NCBI GenBank assembly: GCA_016840035.1
Contig: JAEOTC010000173.1
Coordinates: forward strand, 1 to 15,206
From: Candidatus Hodarchaeota archaeon
GTDB lineage: Archaea; Asgardarchaeota; Heimdallarchaeia; Hodarchaeales; Hodarchaeaceae
DNA length: 15,206 nucleotides
Direction of reading: 5' to 3'
Made by a program: the position numbers and the translations under genes
Shown: piece by piece, positions 14,564 through 15,206 of the stretch
Numbering within the stretch: position 1 is the stretch's first letter
Layout of the letters: each line of letters starts with the position of its first letter
The notes under the pieces: generated by a model
The model's database searches: none
Told to the model about the DNA's origin: nothing
What the model saw: the letters and a program-made list of their open reading frames with translations, nothing else

Positions 14564-14829
14564 TTAACACTCTCGCGAACATGAAAGAGAGAGGTTCGCA
14601 TATCAGTAAAGTTGGCAACTTTTCGGACTAAACCGATATTAATTAGTTTTTTCAAAGCATTCCTAACCGTTCGGTCAGAATAAGTACATTTTTTTTCAAT
14701 ATCCCCTGAGGTAAGGGGTCCGTCGCGATTCAAAATTTCGAATATCTTTTTTGCACTTGTGGGAACCGCATAAGCATCTATGGGTAAACTTTCAGGTTTC
14801 ATTTCATCTTTTATTTCTTGAACTTGCAT
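14560..14829 (-). CDS. Small archaeal winged-HTH (MarR/ArsR-like) DNA-binding protein
   Basis: PTSAKKIFEILNRDGPLTSGDI...YSDRTVRNALKKLINIGLV...DMRTSLF matches the archaeal 'PPSAK...GPLT...RTVRYAL...DARQSLY' pattern. GTG 14844 lies in a GAGTGA RBS-like motif, so the start is probably TTG 14832 or ATG 14829. Confidence 0.85.
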   Translation of the reverse strand: MQVQEIKDEMKPESLPIDAYAVPTSAKKIFEILNRDGPLTSGDIEKKCTYSDRTVRNALKKLINIGLVRKVANFTDMRTSLFHVRESVN

Positions 14830-14889
14830 CAAGGTTTCTTTCACTCTTTTTTCAGTTTTTATTCAGATATGAGACGATTTCGATCTGTC

Positions 14890-14930
14890 GTTATTGTTGT
14901 CGTCTCTGGTGTTAATGTTGTTATTGTTGT
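14890..14930. repeat. Three direct copies of GTTAWTGTTGT upstream of the wHTH gene
   Basis: GTTATTGTTGT 14890-14900, GTTAATGTTGT 14911-14921 and GTTATTGTTGT 14920-14930. Confidence 0.55.
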
Positions 14931-15206
14931 TTATACAGTTAGCGTATGACTGGTGTAGTACATTTACGTAAAACTTTGAAAGGAAAGCCGAATGCAGAAT
15001 AAAAAAGACTGATCTTTCTTGAAAGTATAGAGAAAATGGAAGTGGAGTGGACCAAACGTCGAAACATTCACTTTTGATCGGCCGAACTCAATCGTGTTCA
15101 AGACCCCGGCCCTTCAAGCATAACTTCTCGGTCTTAGAGATGCTCTTTCCCAAGCCTATCCCGTTTTGACCTTGTTTTCTTATTCTTCTCTCCAGAAGAA
15201 TCTCCA

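Noticed and set aside
14886-14930. CRISPR array or iterons
   Set aside because: Repeats are 11 bp, overlapping and low-complexity, with no spacers and no cas or rep genes.
14979-15010. GAAAGCCGAATGC resembles the start of group II intron domain V
   Set aside because: The complementary 3' arm of the domain V hairpin and domain VI are absent.
15044-15071. Hammerhead-like GAC-loop-GTC-GAAAC
   Set aside because: The required CUGANGA core upstream of stem II is absent (GUGGAGUG instead).

Overview
AT-rich, densely coded archaeal chromosomal segment, most likely from an Asgard archaeon. This is inferred from the WDLAGQ-type Rab-like GTPase, the longin domain, two roadblock proteins and GGTGA/GGAGG ribosome-binding motifs. 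The flanks are metabolic or housekeeping: a partial RDD/zinc-ribbon membrane protein, a MazG/YpjD-like pyrophosphatase, a polytopic membrane protein, GTP cyclohydrolase MptA/FolE2, 3-hydroxybutyryl-CoA dehydrogenase, a RibD-C reductase, tryptophanase, Maf and a wHTH regulator. The centre (5212-11082) is a cluster of eukaryote-signature small-GTPase-switch genes: a degenerate MinD/ParA-longin-wHTH fusion, an unknown protein apparently co-transcribed with a Rab-like GTPase, a coiled-coil-wHTH protein, two DYNLRB-like roadblock paralogues and a zinc-ribbon-Yip1 membrane protein. Several long intergenic regions contain ordered helices found by eye. The clearest is a ~140-nt five-hairpin leader (GNRA loop, possible K-turn, anti-SD) upstream of a small zinc-ribbon gene. 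No rRNA, tRNA, CRISPR array or mobile element was recognised. All family assignments come from motif recognition; no searches were run.
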